Source: Eledone cirrhosa
Lineage: Eukaryota
Length of the DNA: 64,000 nucleotides
Direction of reading: 5' to 3'
NCBI GenBank assembly: GCA_964016885.1
Contig: OZ024743.1
Location: 310,434,001 to 310,498,000 of the forward strand
Shown here: positions 63,331 to 64,000 of the stretch, in pieces
Layout: every line of letters starts with the position of its first letter
How positions within the stretch are numbered: position 1 is the stretch's first letter
Program-made: the position numbers and the translations under genes
Notes under the pieces: model-generated
The model's input: only the letters and a program-made list of their open reading frames with translations
Told to the model about the DNA's origin: nothing
The model's database searches: none

Positions 63331-64000
63331 AAAATGTGTGAGATCCTTGGTACAGTTAGGTATATTTGAAAAAAAGGAAAAGAATGACTTCACTTGTAGT
63401 GTTAAAAAGTTTTTGATTTAATTTTATAATATAATAATATTATGAGTTGGTAGATCCGCTAAGTTCTTTGTTAACTTTGGTGGGAAGAATTATAAAGATT
63501 CCTGGTTAACTTGGGTTGGAGAACTTTCTCGCATTCGTCTGTCTGTGGCGATTGTCAAACTCAGTTTTAACCGGTGGAGGTTCACTAACAACATTACATA
63601 CCCAATATCTGATCACCGTCCAAGGATTGATCTAGTATTTCTTCCTTCAAATGACTAACTCATTAGTAACGTAGTATTTTTTAAAATCTTCTTTGTAATC
63701 GAAATTTTTTTCACAAGTTCTGATGTAAATAGGGAAGTGATATCTCTCTCCTCAGTTTATCTCTATTTCTCTATTTCTCTTCTTCTCTTCGTCTCCTTTT
63801 ATTAGATCTCCATTATTTTATTTAATGGTCTCTAATTACACACACGACCGGCAACTCGGTGTGTGGAGTAAGAGAAAGCCAATTAAATCGACGTCACTAC
63901 GTGAAGGATGAAAAGCAAAATTAACCTCACCAGGATGTGAACTCAGAAGGACTTTGTCAGATGTTCTAAAGATTCTACTAATGCACTCTTTTATTGGTTT

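Overview
Eukaryotic, AT-rich, microsatellite-dense DNA made almost entirely of mobile elements. The SINE and LINE families look like octopus repeats (recall-based inference), and no host gene is confidently seen. Contents: (i) five Tx1/L1-clade LINE copies (zinc-knuckle ORF1 plus APE-RT ORF2) from about four subfamilies, with (ATT)n tails; (ii) three families of RLE-type R4/Dong-like LINEs; (iii) many tRNA-derived SINEs whose 3' end resembles the Tx1 3' end; (iv) an apparently intact Penelope-like element (1170-aa RT plus GIY-YIG ORF, direct and inverted pLTRs) and several PLE remnants; (v) an intron-containing pogo/Tigger transposon and a MITE. The most notable unannotated signal is a set of type I minimal hammerhead ribozymes read directly from the sequence. 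Two of them lie 422 nt apart in a tandem repeat (57143-58194) that looks like a non-LTR retrozyme (self-cleaving, circRNA-producing repeat), and a U3-A8 core variant lies in the pLTRs of the intact PLE. The retroelements also insert into microsatellites with a consistent strand polarity.
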